From positions 44,206,001 to 44,270,000 of the forward strand of contig OX597816.1 of the NCBI GenBank assembly GCA_951406725.2: 64,000 bases of DNA. The letters run 5' to 3'. This stretch comes from Octopus vulgaris (Eukaryota). The notes beneath the pieces were generated by a model. It worked only from the letters and a program-made list of their open reading frames with translations, was not told where the DNA came from and ran no database searches. The translations under genes and the position numbers were made by a program. Shown here in pieces: positions 1 to 17,199 of the stretch. Within the stretch, counting starts at the first letter, position 1. Each line of letters starts with the position of its first letter.

Positions 1-19
1 AATTTTTTTTATTTAAAGT

Positions 20-270
20 TCCTGTTATAAAAATTGTTTCTTTACACGCTGAGATGAGGAAAACTGTGAAGTTTGGTTGGATATTATCTTCACATCTCTC
101 TATGTATTCACTCAAAGGAATTTATGTGTATTGCGGGAACCGGATGTGTTCCTTATGTAGTGTGGTTCTTCATTTTAATGGCATACTTGTCTTTTCTATA
201 TAGTTATGCCCACAACCTCAGCAAGTTATAGCATAAATTAGATTCTCGGAAGCACGAATCTTCTTAAGAA
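20..270 (-). mobile_element. Penelope-like element remnant (GIY-YIG endonuclease region)
   Basis: Minus-strand translation ASENLIYAITC*GCGHNYIEKTSMPLK*RTTLHKEHIRFPQY..IPLSEYIERC resembles the PLE GIY-YIG motif (NxIYxITCxxCxxxYIGxT); contains stops. Confidence 0.6.
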
Positions 271-376
271 AATACGAAATTACAATAATTTCAATGTTAA
301 GATTAATGAAAGTGAAACCGATCGACAAGCACAATATAAAATATATAAAAACTATGTAAAGTCCCTGCATTTTCTT

Positions 377-465
<89 letters not shown>

Positions 466-1384
466 GGAGGTAGGAGAGCGACGGATGGCTCAATGGATGG
501 ACAGATAGATAGATTCTAATAATGATCTCATAGATATAATTTGAGTTATAAAGTCATAAGACTAAAAAGATTACTCAGAAAGAATGAGAGACAGACAGAG
601 AGAGATACACGTTGATATGGCTGATAGGTAGAACAAACTCCAGTGTTGTTACAGAGTCAAACTATTGGCCGATAAATACATTGTATATGATAAACACCGC
701 ACACACACACACACATTTACAAGCATGCGCAGACGCACACACAGAGACACACACACATATACACAATCACGTATGCAACCCCACACAATGAAAACATTTA
801 TAAAATCTTTTATGTTCTAAACTGCGTAAACATGGATCTCTTTGGGAAACTAATTCGTTCTGTTTCTATCTCCGAAATAGAAAGAAAGAAATTGTATGAA
901 ACCGATGCTGTAATTAACAGAGATAGATAATGTTCTTTGATTAATAGCTTGCTATATACTTTGTCTGTACATTGAATACTGCACATAATTATAGGTTAGA
1001 ATTTATTTTAATTAATGATAACTTTTGCCTTCAAAAACCTGACAGAAATGAAAAAAATAAATAAAAATGCTCATCTCCGAATATAACTTTAGATTAATTA
1101 TTTTCTTATCGAAGTCATCATGGCTGTTGTTGCTGCTGTTGCTTCTGTTGTTTTTGATATTTTTAGTTTTGAATCGGTAGAAAGTTGAACAAAAATGCTC
1201 TTCAATATGTGTTCAGGTTTTGTACGTTCTGTGTTCAAATTCCAGCAAGTTATACTTTGCCTTTCGCCCTTAAGTTTCAGTGACGTAAAGTGCCAAACAA
1301 GTACTTGAGAGTTTATTTAATCGACCAGATATCCTCCAGATTTCTGGCTTTGGGTTTCTGTCAGAATGTATCATTATTATTATT

Positions 1385-1739
1385 CAGTAGTTTTATTTTT
1401 ATATCGTGCTTTCACTTCACTACCGAGCGCAGCTCTGTGTGCCTTGGGTATGTGCTGTGGTTTGTCGTGATGCTCATATGGTTATTGTACGGAAAGTGTT
1501 TTTGTCATACCTAATGCGCCTACTATGATAGGAATTGTCTCTGTTTTTAGATTCCACATTCGAGTTACCTCTGTTTCGAAGTCTTTGTAATTTGAAAGTT
1601 TCTCCATTTCTTTTAGAGAAACGTTGTCATCTGCTGGTATTACTACATCAATCAGAAAGCATTTTTTTCTTCATGATCTCTGACAACTATATCTGGCCTA
1701 TTGGCCTTAATTTCTCTATCTGTGTGTATTGGCATATCC

Positions 1740-1741
<2 letters not shown>
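1385..1741 (-). mobile_element. Dong/R4-clade LINE 3' fragment (restriction-like endonuclease domain)
   Basis: WDMPIHTDREIKANRPDIVVRD/(frameshift in A-run)/CFLIDVVIPADDNVSLKEMEKLSNYKDFETEVTRMWNLKTETIPIIVGALG is a PD-(D/E)xK RLE motif; flanked by (TTA)n. Confidence 0.75.
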
Positions 1742-1790
<49 letters not shown>

Positions 1791-1792
1791 CT

Positions 1793-1997
1793 GAGCTGTA
1801 AGAAACGTTAGCACGCTGGATGAAATGTTTAACGGTATTTCGCTCGTTTCTACATTCTGAGATCAAATTTCGCCTAGGTCGATTTTGCCTTTCATCCTTT
1901 CGGGAGCGATAAAATAAGTACCAGTTGAACACTGGGGTCGATGTCATCAACTCATCCCCTCCCCTAATACTGCTACCCTTGTGGCAAAATTTGAAGC
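1793..1997 (+). mobile_element. SINE-A, diverged, alternative tail
   Basis: gagctg..gaaacgttagcacg head, B-box-like gagatcaaattt, body gcctttcatcctttcggg..aagtaccagtt; ends in (TTA)n. Confidence 0.75.
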
Positions 1998-2062
<65 letters not shown>

Positions 2063-2067
<5 letters not shown>

Positions 2068-2245
2068 TTGGCTTTTGCTTTGTATATGTACAAGTTGACT
2101 CCAAATCTCACTCAGAGACTTCAAGAGACAAGTTAGAAGTTGAAGTCGGTGTTATGATTAGAGTGCCATATATTTGGTTTTGCACAGAGTATTGTTCTAG
2201 AAAATGCCTGTCAAGACACAAGTAAAACATAGGTTTGATTCAAAA
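2063..2245 (-). mobile_element. Dong/R4-like LINE 3' UTR copy
   Basis: Diverged copy of 2413-2600 (shared gtacaagttg, gtgccatatatttggttttg); abuts (TTA)n. Confidence 0.5.
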
Positions 2246-2330
2246 GTAATTTGATTATAAGATGATAGTCTGATGTTAAGATGACAATATAAATGATGTT
2301 TATTACTGCAGTACACCTTTTACTGGCATA

Positions 2331-2371
<41 letters not shown>

Positions 2372-2412
2372 GTTGTTGTTGTTGTTGTTATTATTATTAT
2401 TATTATTATTAT

Positions 2413-2730
2413 TCTATGTTTGACTTTTGCTTTATATTTGTACAAGTTGGCTCCAAGTCTCACCCAGACACCTCAAGAGGCAACAGGTTGGAAGTTCGTA
2501 TTGTTGTTATGCCTAGTGTGCCATATATTTGGTTTTGTATTTAGTGTTGTACTAGTGAATGCCTAAAAAAAACAAAACAAAGTTATGTTTGTTTTAAAAC
2601 TTGAGGTTACATAGAAAGTATTTTGCGTAGGATATGAGCAGTTCCCATGAGCACTATATTTTGAATTTCTGCCATTTTGGGGTTTCCTGGTTACTGAATT
2701 AGGTAGCGATCAGCCCCTTTTGCTATCATT
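2413..2730 (-). mobile_element. Dong/R4-clade LINE 3' end
   Basis: Minus translation MIAKGADRYL../PGNPKMAEIQNIVLMGTAHILRKILSM*, a typical R4/Dong C-terminus; 3' end joins (TAA)n. Confidence 0.7.
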
Positions 2731-2957
2731 ATTATTGTTGTTGTTGTTGTTGTTGTTATTATTATTATTATTTCAGGTTCGTTCTTATTCCTGGTAGAAT
2801 TTATACGCGTAGGAGATTATTACCTGTAACCTTAGCTATCCACACAAGCTTTCAATGGTCTTTCAAGTACTCAAAACCGTTTTGATAATCTTTTCTGTCC
2901 CTAAGAGGCCAACTCTCTGTATAGGTTGTACAGGACGTCTTACTCAAATCTTCTTCA

Positions 2958-3261
2958 ATCCGATGGAGCAATATCTGGTGAATATGAAGGATGGGGTAAC
3001 ACATCCCAGCCGAGCTGCAGCAATTTTTATCTGGTTCCCAAAGGATCAAGTGCCGAAAATGAACTTTCTTATCTTCCATTTTAACGTGTTACAGAATTAA
3101 CACAAGTTATAGGAACATAAACCTTCTTCCACGAAAAGATAGCTTAAACTGTGCTCTAAATGGAGGTGTAGTCAAATCTTATTTTATGGACTCAACCATG
3201 TTCTAAAATAAATCGAAAGATAAGCTACTATAAATCGGCACGAACTTTCCGGACAACCCAA
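2958..3261 (-). mobile_element. Internally deleted mariner fragment
   Basis: TA + TIR-like ttgggttgtccggaaagttcgtgccgattt; N-terminus MEDKKVHFRHLILWE joined directly to KLLQLGWDVLPHPSYSPDIAPSD. Confidence 0.75.
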
Positions 3262-5264
3262 TACTATTCTTATTATTTAGTTTGACTTGTTTTACCCCAA
3301 TAGTCTTTTCATTACAAAATCCGTTAGATACGTCTTGTTGTCTATATTGTTATTACTGATATTCATTGAACTAAAAGGTTAATATACTCGCAAAGTTAAT
3401 CAATCAATCCGTCTTCATTACAACGATAGCGGTGAAATATTTGTCTAATTAGAATTGGTTTAAAGACTTGTAACCATTAATCAAAATCTTCATCATTATT
3501 CGTCCATGTGTGTATGCGTGTGTGTGTGTGTGTGTGTATGAAGCAGCGGGCGCGCAGATTAAAATCGTTGCTTAATCAAATGTTGATGTGTTTTTTTTTA
3601 GTTTCATTTTCATATTTTATGAGTTATTTTTACGCCATTGTTTTCGCTTTCTTTGCCAGAGAAAAGCATTTGGAATCTTCATTATAATTTGAGGTTTGTT
3701 TTGCATGTGTGCTTAGATTCTCTTTTTAATTTCATTTTCTCCTTCGTTATATTCGCATTGCATCGAATAAATTTGCTGCTTTCATCTTCTTCAAGACAAA
3801 TAGCATTTCATTTGTTAAGAAATAACTTGGTATTTATTCAGTAAATATGGAATTGTATTATATTAACCCTGAATAAGGTTACTACATTTAGCGTATAAAA
3901 CATTGAAATAAAGACAATTTTAAATATTATTTTATTTTTCATTTTATTTTCCCATTTGCTTGTGTGATTTTGTTTTTACGCTTAAATTCTCCTATTGGCA
4001 AACATTACATCGAAAGGACACAGTGACAAAACTTTCGAAACGTAAACAAAACTCTGAAACGCTATTCATCAACACAATTTATGAAAGAGTTTAGAATTTA
4101 TTATGGCACAACATATGCTAATGGCTGCCCACCTCATTTTAATAGCTTGAATTTTAACGAGTTTACCCAATCAAGCCAGGGTTATTTACTGCCGTCGACG
4201 AGATTGTATTTGAAACAGAATCTAATCAAATGTCTAATCAATTAATTGATTTGCTCAGTTACCTCCAAATCATAAAACCTCTCTAAAATATATAATATAA
4301 AATTTATAATTTCTAAAATTTCTGGTGTTGTACCAAAGTTAGAAGCAATTTTTTGCTGGCATGCTTGAAATAAAATAGGAAAAAGTTCGACACTTTTCAC
4401 TCATCGAGGGTCGATAAAATAATTTACCAGTGAAGCAGTAATGAGTTAGATTTTATCGACTGATTTATTCGCCGCTGCCCTCAAAATGTTTTAGGTTTAT
4501 GGATTCGCCTAAGACGATATACTAGGGCTCTGTAATCTCATGCTGAACAATCTCTCGGATGACGGAATGATTGCAAAGCAACGTGAATTGAAGTATTTCC
4601 CTCAAGAACACACTGGTCTGTGAATCTAAGCCACGATCTTGCAATTGTGAGTGCGCCATTCTAACCACTAAATCATTAGTTTTTACTTATGTATTATCTT
4701 TTACTTGTTTCACTCATAAGAAAGTAAATAATACAGTGCAAAGCAACCCCCAAATAAAATTTAATTGGACACCTGGACGGCTTCATTTTACAGCGCGAAA
4801 CTAAATAATTACGGTTATACTAACTGCTGGGAAACAGTCTTGAAGGGTTTAGTCAAACAAATGGAACCTAGTACTTATTATTTTTAAACCTTCTACTTAT
4901 TCTATGGCTTTCATTTCACGAACCGTTACGTGGCAAATTGGGCCGACGAAAGCATTGTGACTGAATGTGGTAGATCCCGACATATGTATTCTTTTATTTT
5001 ACTTGTTGCAGCCTTTTGACTGTGGCCATGCTGGAGCACCACCCTGAAGGGTTTGTGTAGAAAAAAAAATCAACCTCAGAACTTTTTTCATCTTAGTACT
5101 TATTCAATCAATATATTTTACCGAATCGCTAAGTTACCGGAACGTAAACACACCAACACCGGTTGTCAAGTGGTGATGGTGGACAAACCCAGACACAATG
5201 TCACATACACATAAATATACATATTTATATATATATATATACAAACATATATACATATATACAT

Positions 5265-5293
<29 letters not shown>

Positions 5294-5296
<3 letters not shown>

Positions 5297-5492
5297 TTAA
5301 TCCAAACATGAAAACACAAAGGAGAAAACACAACAACGCGAGGACGTGGAACAAGTATAGTGTTATTGGACGCTCAGGAAAGGAAAGAAAGAAGGAGGAG
5401 CAGAGGTCTTCGTCAGAAACATAGGAAAAGGAAAAATCCAAAGAAGGGAAGACGGAGGAAAAAAATCGCCAAGGATACACACGCGGTCACAT
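5294..5492 (-). mobile_element. Penelope pLTR-like repeat (hammerhead partly deleted)
   Basis: Close copy of 22654-22870 beside (TA)n; keeps CTGACGA and stem II but lacks GAAACGTT. Confidence 0.6.
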
Positions 5493-6579
5493 ATTCAATG
5501 ACCGGAAGGGAATGAGTGAAGAAAAAGTTCTTTCAAAGACAGGAGAGTGCAACAGAAGGAGGTATGTGTGTGTATGTGCGGATATGTGCGTGCGCGCAGG
5601 TGTGTGTGTGTGTGTGTGTAATTATGATATATATATATGTATATGTATGTATATATGTGTGTGTATGTGTGTACTTGCGTCCCCTTAATATAGCAGTTCA
5701 TTAGAGCAACCTATAAATAAATATATCAGACTTTAAAAAAGGAGTAGTGCTGATTCATATGACTAAAAATTCTTGAAGGTGGTGTCCCAGCATGGCCGCA
5801 GTCTAATGGCAAACAAATAAAAGATCAAAGATATGTGCGCGCGTGCATCTGTGCATGTGTCTCAGAGAGAGAATGAGAGAGAGGGAGAGAGAGAGAGAAG
5901 GAGGGAAAGAGAGGGAGAAATACGTAATATACAGGGGGGGCTATTAACGACTTACCTCCCTTGTACGTAGTAGTGATATTGAACACTTGCAGTACAGGAC
6001 AATTAATCGTAATACTTAAAACGTATCTGATATTTTTCTCATCAGTTGTTACTTTGATTGAACTTTTGGCGATACCGAATGCAAAATCAGATTTTTGTTT
6101 TGTATCAAGATTTATAAGTTTAGAATGAAATTGAGATTTTGCGGTGGATGTGATGTATAAAGGTAGTGAATGTAATTTTACCTTGGTAAAAACATCAAAT
6201 TTTTACATCGCTAGTGAAATGTTCTTTAGCGAAAAAAAACAAAACGAAGGTTAACGTTACTACTTCTCCATATAATGTTTATATGACATGAATTCACAAG
6301 CATATAGCTAAGCGAAACGGAAAATTGCAGTATCCAAGCATATTCTAACTTGCATCTGCAATGAAAGAGCAATATATACAGCGAGAAAATGAAACAACTG
6401 CACCATGGTGATTCAAGTCTGAATTATACATGATAAGTATCGCGCTGACATGGAAGAGTCTATGTGGTGGCATGATTTGCTAGAAATAGCAACCGAATCT
6501 TTTCCGAATCAGATACTACTGCCTTTAAAATGAAAATATCAGCTTCGCTAATGGAATCCTGGGTATAATTCGATCCGTC

Positions 6580-6993
6580 AGGAGTGACTGTGTGGTAAAT
6601 AGCTTGTTTACCAACCACATGGTTCCGGGTTCGGTCCCACTGCGTGACACCTTGGGGCATGTGTTTTCTACTATAGCCTCGGGCCGACCAAAGCCTTGTG
6701 AGTGGATTTGGTAGACGGAAACTGAAAGAAGCCCGTCGTATATATGTATATTTTTATATGTGTGTGCGTGTATGTTTGTGTGTCTGTGTTTGTCCCCCTA
6801 GCATTGCTTGACAACCGATGCTGGTGTGTTTATGTCCCCGTCACTTAGCGGTTCGGCAAAAAGAGACCGATAGAACAAGTATTGGGCTTACAAAGAATAA
6901 GTCCCGGGGTCGAGTTGCTCGATTAAAGGCGGTACTCCAGCATGGCCGCAGTCAAATGACTGAAACAAGTAAAAGAGTAAAGAGTAAAGAGTA
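6580..6993 (+). mobile_element. SINE-B (tRNA head, internal TA/TG microsatellite, gtaaaagag tail)
   Basis: A-box tgactgtgtggt, B-box gggttcggtccc, ccttggggca; many homologous copies in the window. Confidence 0.9.
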
Positions 6994-8899
6994 ATAGGAA
7001 GCGAGATGGGGACGACTGAGTTTTTTTTTTACCTGAGTACGAGACGTTTTGGCGCAGCCCATTTGGCGTCGCTCATTCGATGCTGAATTATTTGGTACCA
7101 GACGTAATATTTCACTCGTTTTACTGTTTCTTTCTTGGTCTATTTTCTCTCCATCCCACCCCTCTCTCCTTTTCTCCCCTCTCTCTCCTTTTCTCCCCTC
7201 TCTCTCCTTTTCTCCCCTCTCTCTCTCCTTTTATCCTCCTCTATCCTTTTCCCCGTCTCTCTCTATCCATCTGTTTATGTCTGAGCATGTTTCTCTTTAT
7301 GTCTATCAGGAGAGGAAAAATGCTAATGTGACTCGTGTTCTCTCCTTCTCTCATTATTTCTATCTGTATGTGTTTTAAATATTTGTGATATAAATTCCAC
7401 GATATAATTATCACAGTTCTGTGACATATTCTCAAATCAAGTCGCTTGCTAGATACAGTTGTCACATTTTGTGCAAACCCCCAATGTTTCATTAAAGGAA
7501 ACACTGAATGCCATGACTGTTTGTTCCCTGTACTCAGTAAAATGTGTGGAGTAGTAACCATTGGAATACTATTTATCATAAGTTTTCTTCATTAGAATTA
7601 TATAAAGTTGACCCACTATACGTATTCGATACGTATATGAGGTCTATACGTATTCGATACACTTGCGAGAAATATCAACGAAATCTCTTTCACAGTACTT
7701 CATACTATCTATAAAAAGGAAGGAATATTAAACAATAAATTCTGAAATGAACTATACGTGACAAAATGGAATTGTTATAGTTTCAATGCATTTGATCATG
7801 TTTTCTCGATCAGGGTTGACCCAGGGCTAAACAACAACGGCCTTGAACATTTCTATGCTTGCTTTCAAGATTTTCTAAATTCGTTTTGATGTAATAAAGG
7901 AAACCCTTAATCTATTTGTGAAGCCATGATTTTATAAAGATTATAAAGGGACTCAAGTAAAGCAGGGGCTTCAATAATCGCACGTCGCTTTCAAAGATTC
8001 AGGTAAAATTCAACATCAAATACATCAAATGTAATTTAACCACAAAAACACACAGCAAATAAAAAGAAAACAAAACCTGAGGGGATGAGAAAACTTGCTA
8101 TGGTGATTGAAAGCAAAACAGTTGTCAGGGAAAATGATTTGTCAATAACGAAGTTGTTTTCAATAATGCCGCTTGTGACCTCAATTTCATTTTCAAAATC
8201 CACCACGCGCTTAAGAGAAAATTTTAAATCACTAAATTCTATAAACTGAAATGGAATTTTATAAGATTGTCAATAGTATAATACTCCTGATAAAAGACAT
8301 GGATTTAATGTTCAATTTAATGTTATTTTTATTGCAAATTGTTTGTTTACTCCAAATTTGCACACGGCTGTCACTATCTTCCACTCGGCTATTGAGGAAA
8401 ATAGCGATCAGTGACGACTTGAAAAGGTTTTAAGATTATCTGTAATATACAGACAATCAATTAAAGTATTATAAACATTATAGGCGTAATATTACACTAG
8501 GTGTTAAAGCAATGCGATTATAAATATTTTTGAATGTAAAAATATGCATGCTACCAGTTCGACTGAGATTTCATTAAACTGAATAAAGCCAAACTAAGTT
8601 ACGCTATATACCGCGAGGGCAAAAAGAAAAGAATAAGCTACACAGTGACGGACCAGGACCGAAAATACTTTGTGTAAATCTTAACTAAATCCCTTGTGTT
8701 TTATTATTGAATTGATTCGCCCAATTTGTGAAAAAGAAATCACAAGTTTCGGCAACAGATAAATTACATAGAATAATAGATATTTTAAAAACCGACCTCG
8801 GAACCATAGCTAGTCAGAAAAACATAAAAAAATATGACTAAATGCGATATAGGGAATTATTGTCGCAGAGTGTGTTTGCAGTTGTTGGATATTGTGGTA

Positions 8900-9355
8900 A
8901 GTGGAACGTGCACCATCCACAAAACAAGAGGGCATTAACTAGTTTTACACGACTTTTCCAATATAGTTTCCTCCCGACCCACTTCATACTCACACGGGTG
9001 TCTCTAGACCCTATCAGGTATTCTAACTAGATACAGTTTTAATTAACCTTATAAATTTTGTCCATGTCTACCTTACAAATTGGGATTTGTCAGTTAGTTG
9101 AAACTGCTTAAGTAGCTCTGAAAGGGTTTTACACCATCTTCTGCCAGGCACTCCCATAAAATCCGAACGTATGCCTAAGACGTCATTCAAGTTACCAACA
9201 AACACTAACGAAAGAACCGTTTCAAAAGTTATTATCAATGCTAAAAGAAATCTAGCCTCAATACTTTTTAATCGGGTCCAAGTCTGACGGCGATGTCTTT
9301 GCTGCTCTTTGTACCCAGGGTCGCTAAGTTGCCATCAACTTGCAGGAAGATGTCT
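8900..9355 (-). mobile_element. Old Tx1/L1-clade APE endonuclease remnant
   Basis: FETVLSLVFVGNLNDVLGIRSDFMGVPGRRWCKTLSELLKQFQLTDK..TWT resembles the GD(W/F)N and TW motifs of APE endonucleases; degraded. Confidence 0.45.
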
Positions 9356-9438
9356 CGTAATACCAGATTCAGATGTTTTCGAAATGGTATTACCACTCCA
9401 TTAATATTACCACTCCATTAATATTACCACTCCATTTA

Positions 9439-10136
9439 AAGGCGGCGAGCTGGCAGAAACGTTAGCACGCCGGGCGAAAAGCTTAGCGGTATTTCGTCTG
9501 CGTTACGTTCTGAGTTCAAATTCCGCCGAGGTCGACGCCTTTCATCCTTTCGGGGTCGATAAATTAAGTACCAGTTACGCACTGGGGTCGGTGCCTTTCA
9601 TGTCTGTCCTTGTTTGTCCCCCTGTGTTTAGCCCCTTGTGGGTAATAGAGAAATAGGTATTTCGTCTGGTTTTACATTCTGAGTCGAGGTCGACTTTGCC
9701 TTTCAATTAAGTTACTGGGGTCGGTGTAATCGACTTAATACCTATGTCTGTCCTTGTTTGTCCCCTCAGCCCCTGTAATAGAAATAGGTATTTCGTCTGG
9801 TTTTACATTCTGAGTTAATCTTTGCCTTTCATCCTTTCGGGTCGATAAATTAATACCAGTTACGCACTGGGGTCGGTGTAATCGACTTAATACCTATGTC
9901 TGTCCTTGTTTGTCCCCTCTGTGTTTAGCCCCTTGTGGGTAATAGAGAAATAGGTATTTCGTCTGGTTTTACATTCTGAGTTCAAATTCCGCCGAGGTCG
10001 ACTTTGCCTTTCATCCTTTCGGGGTCGATGAATTAAGTACCAGTTACGCACTGGGGTCGGTGTAATCCACTTAATACCTATGTCTGTCCTTGTTTGTCCC
10101 CTCTGTGTTTAGCCCCTTGTGGGTAATAGAGAAATA
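9439..10136 (+). mobile_element. SINE-A head-to-tail array (one full unit plus three 5'-truncated units)
   Basis: Starts ggcggcgagctggcagaaacg; four tails ending gaaata, the first three rejoining at the internal ggtatttcgtctg. Confidence 0.85.
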
Positions 10137-10429
10137 GGTATTACCATTGCATTTTGTTCGGATATAGAGATCGTAGTCTTTGAGAAAAATAACAGTGAAA
10201 ATCACAATATGGTTAATGGGCGCCATACTGATATTAAATAATCTGACTTCGTTAAGCTTCAAGACTTCAATCCACTTGTTGGGTAATATTGATGGGGAAA
10301 GGAGATTGAGAGAGAACTCTTACATTAGACTTGAAGAATGGGTAATCTGGATTCCCTGATGGGGAGCTTATAAAATGATTTTAGAAAACTACCGTAAATA
10401 AACAAAAATCTTTTCATTGTACGGCTTCA

Positions 10430-11600
10430 TTACAAAAATAATGTTTAATAGCCTTTCTAGTGGTTGGATTGAGAAATACTTGGAGATCAATAAAATCCCT
10501 TTAATTATTGGTAATTTTCTATCAAAAATACCATGAAATTGTACTCAAGAAGACAACTATAATACTGAATTGAGAAGCAAGTTGCTGAGAACGCTGGTGA
10601 TATTGTGATATAAACTGTAGTAATTTCAACTTGGTTCTCTATCATCAATTTTATTTGTATGGTTCTCATTTTCCTAAGCGTGTTGTTAAATGACACAGCA
10701 CTAGAATATCAAATATTCGACAGATCAATCAACCACCTACTTTTCAAGGAATGGCTCTTAACTACATTAAAAAAATTTAGTGACGATATCGAAGCTACAA
10801 CAATTTTGAACTGTGTGACGAGGATAGCATTTTGAACCCTAAAATACGCGAGAAAATAAATAAAGGTCGCTCGACCTTAACGAGAGACAGGACTGATGTC
10901 ATCAATATACACGCTATATTTGTCCTAATCAACAGTTTTAATGTTACAAAACGGTTCATGAATGAGATAAGTATAATTGATGCCAAAACCCGCAAGTGTT
11001 TTACGATACACCGTAAGCATCAACCAAGAGAAGATGTAGGCTATAAATTCGACGAAAGGATGAACTTATGCAACTGTAACACTCTCTAAAGACAGCAACT
11101 AACGAATTACACACCTATCTAAAGAGCGTTAATGAATGGATGATTGAACACGTATTCTAGCACGAAAGTGATAGGAAACTACACTCGATATCAAAAGTGA
11201 ATAAACATGTACACGAATGAAAGGTCGTCGAGAGTGAGGTGCTACAAGATAGACCAGAAGGACTCATTGTGAAAGCAAGACGAATAAAATCACAAACGAT
11301 AAGGAATGGAATATCAGGGATGATTCTTAGATGGAAAAGTAAGGAAAAACATGACGGGCGATTCTGTTGTTGATGCAAATATGAACCAACAGTAGTTGGC
11401 AGTGTCTGAACTAGAACCAGAAGCAGAGAGCTTCATTATGGCAGTTCAGAATGAGTGACTGTCCGCTAGAAATAACTAAACCAATATACTTTTAAAAACG
11501 GTGCTGAAACTTCCTGCTCTATATTAGTCTGAACTCAGTATATTAATCGCATTGATAGACTTGTTCAGTAATTTCACAGCGCCATATGCCGTCAGCTTGA
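10430..11600 (+). mobile_element. Degraded Dong/R4-clade LINE (RT to CCHC-proximal region)
   Basis: KIMFNSLSSGWIEKYLEINKI, INSFNVTK..EISIIDAKTRKCFTIHRKHQPREDV and EAESFIMAVQNE*LSARN correspond to R4/Dong motifs. Confidence 0.6.
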
Positions 11601-12084
11601 CCTCTCATCTCATACAAGATAAACTGGTGATAAATTAAAAGAGGTATGAGTGAAGTAGAATTGCTTGAATAAAGTGGAATTCCATGTATTTCATTACTAG
11701 CTTATTCAACAGAAATTGCCTGAAACCTCCTTTAGCTGACAATTGTTGTACGGTTCACAGATCAAAGATTCAGTTTTACACGAATATATATTATATAACT
11801 CTCAGCGGGATGAAATAGAGCGTCCTCAGCCTCACAAATAAAATTCAGACGTGTGTGGTGCAGTGAGCAGCGGATTAATATCAAAGATAGACAATCAACA
11901 CTCTACAATGTTTCGTACATTAGAATGCCAACAGATGTCAAAAACCGGCCGAAAATTCATGATGTCAGAGCTGTAGATGGCTAAGGAATTGCAACAGGGA
12001 AAATAATGACAACAGTGAAGAATGAAACATATCAATAAGAGAAAAATCATGTTTACATGATACATGAATACACGCACTCACACC

Positions 12085-16042
<3,958 letters not shown>

Positions 16043-16459
16043 GCTTCTTACCCTACAACCACTATATATATATAATATATAATATTGATGCATGTATGTG
16101 TATACATACATATACGCGTGCAAGCAGATATTAGTATGCAGAGATTCGCTCCCTTATAAATATATTCTGCATGTTGTATTTGTGAGTGTGCGAACTGAAC
16201 GCATATAAGCACATAAATATGAGTGTGTATATAACACCAGTATGTAAATTATAGTTTGTATGTATGTATGTATGTATGTATGTATATAATTTGCCATTAC
16301 CGTTGGAGTAGCGTTGCTTAGAAACAGTGCATGTTGAGAATAGTTGTGCATTTACGTTTGTGCATTTGAATGCCATATTATGTTCATGCATGAAAACAAG
16401 GATGTGCAGCCCCCTCTTAATTCTACTCTCTCTTACTCTCTATTTCTATACATGCTACT

Positions 16460-16565
16460 GAGACCCCTTTCGGTCATGACTGACCATGGGATTGCACCTA
16501 GAAAGTTACCTTCCCAGGCACAAGTCCGGGCAAGGTTCTTTATGGAAGGCCAGCAGTCGCTCAAG
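16460..16565 (-). mobile_element. SINE-C 3' fragment
   Basis: gaccatgggattgcacctagaaagttac..gcacaagtccggg matches 31128-31230 and the reverse complement of 19450-19555. Confidence 0.7.
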
Positions 16566-16699
16566 CTTGTATACATATATATACATTTAAATACACATAT
16601 ATACACACATTTATACAAATATACATATATATAAATCTCTCTCTCTCTGTATATATATACATATATATATATATTTGTGTGTGTGTATGTATGTATGTT

Positions 16700-17160
16700 T
16701 ATTTCGAGTTGCACTTGAGAAAGTAAGGAAGGATGTCAGGAAGGCCATCGCTGTTACACTTCCAGAAGGGAAGGATCTTCCTTTGATGCTGACATGCAAT
16801 GTCTGTGCAAGACTCTGCCTCGGTAATGCTGGACTCAAGAGTCATCTTCGAAGTCAAAAAAACGAGACAGATGAATGACAACCTGGCCACTGGTGGTGGT
16901 GTAACACACCATACTAATCATATATGTCGGGCATGTGGAAAAGAGTGTAATTCGGCAGGAGGACTTAAACGATATGCAAAGGTACATGAAGCCCAGTTAC
17001 AACTACAGCCAGCTATTACCAGTAAATGTTTTAGGTGCCAATTTTGTACAAGACATCGTAGATCTTTAGCTGGGCTAAAAAGTCACATTCGATCACGGCA
17101 CCAGTAACAGTTAAGCTTCGAGCAATGGCCATACTCGATAACGAGGGGGCAGCCATAATA
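16700..17160 (+). mobile_element. RTE-like LINE 3' end with three C2H2-type zinc fingers
   Basis: CNVCARLCLGNAGLKSHLRS, CRACGKECNSAGGLKRYAKVH and CQFCTRHRRSLAGLKSHIRSRH, then an RTE-like terminus ggccatactcgataacgagggggcagcc(ata)n; one frameshift. Confidence 0.6.
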
Positions 17161-17199
17161 ATGCGTGTATATATAAATGTATGTATGTATGTAGGAAGT

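Noticed and set aside
7041-7103. gagacgttttggcgc.. possible MULE-like terminal repeat
   Set aside because: No partner TIR or TSD found in the window.
9388-9436. Short direct repeats suggesting a CRISPR array (also 38569-38640)
   Set aside because: Head-to-tail tandem units without spacers, no cas genes, eukaryotic context.
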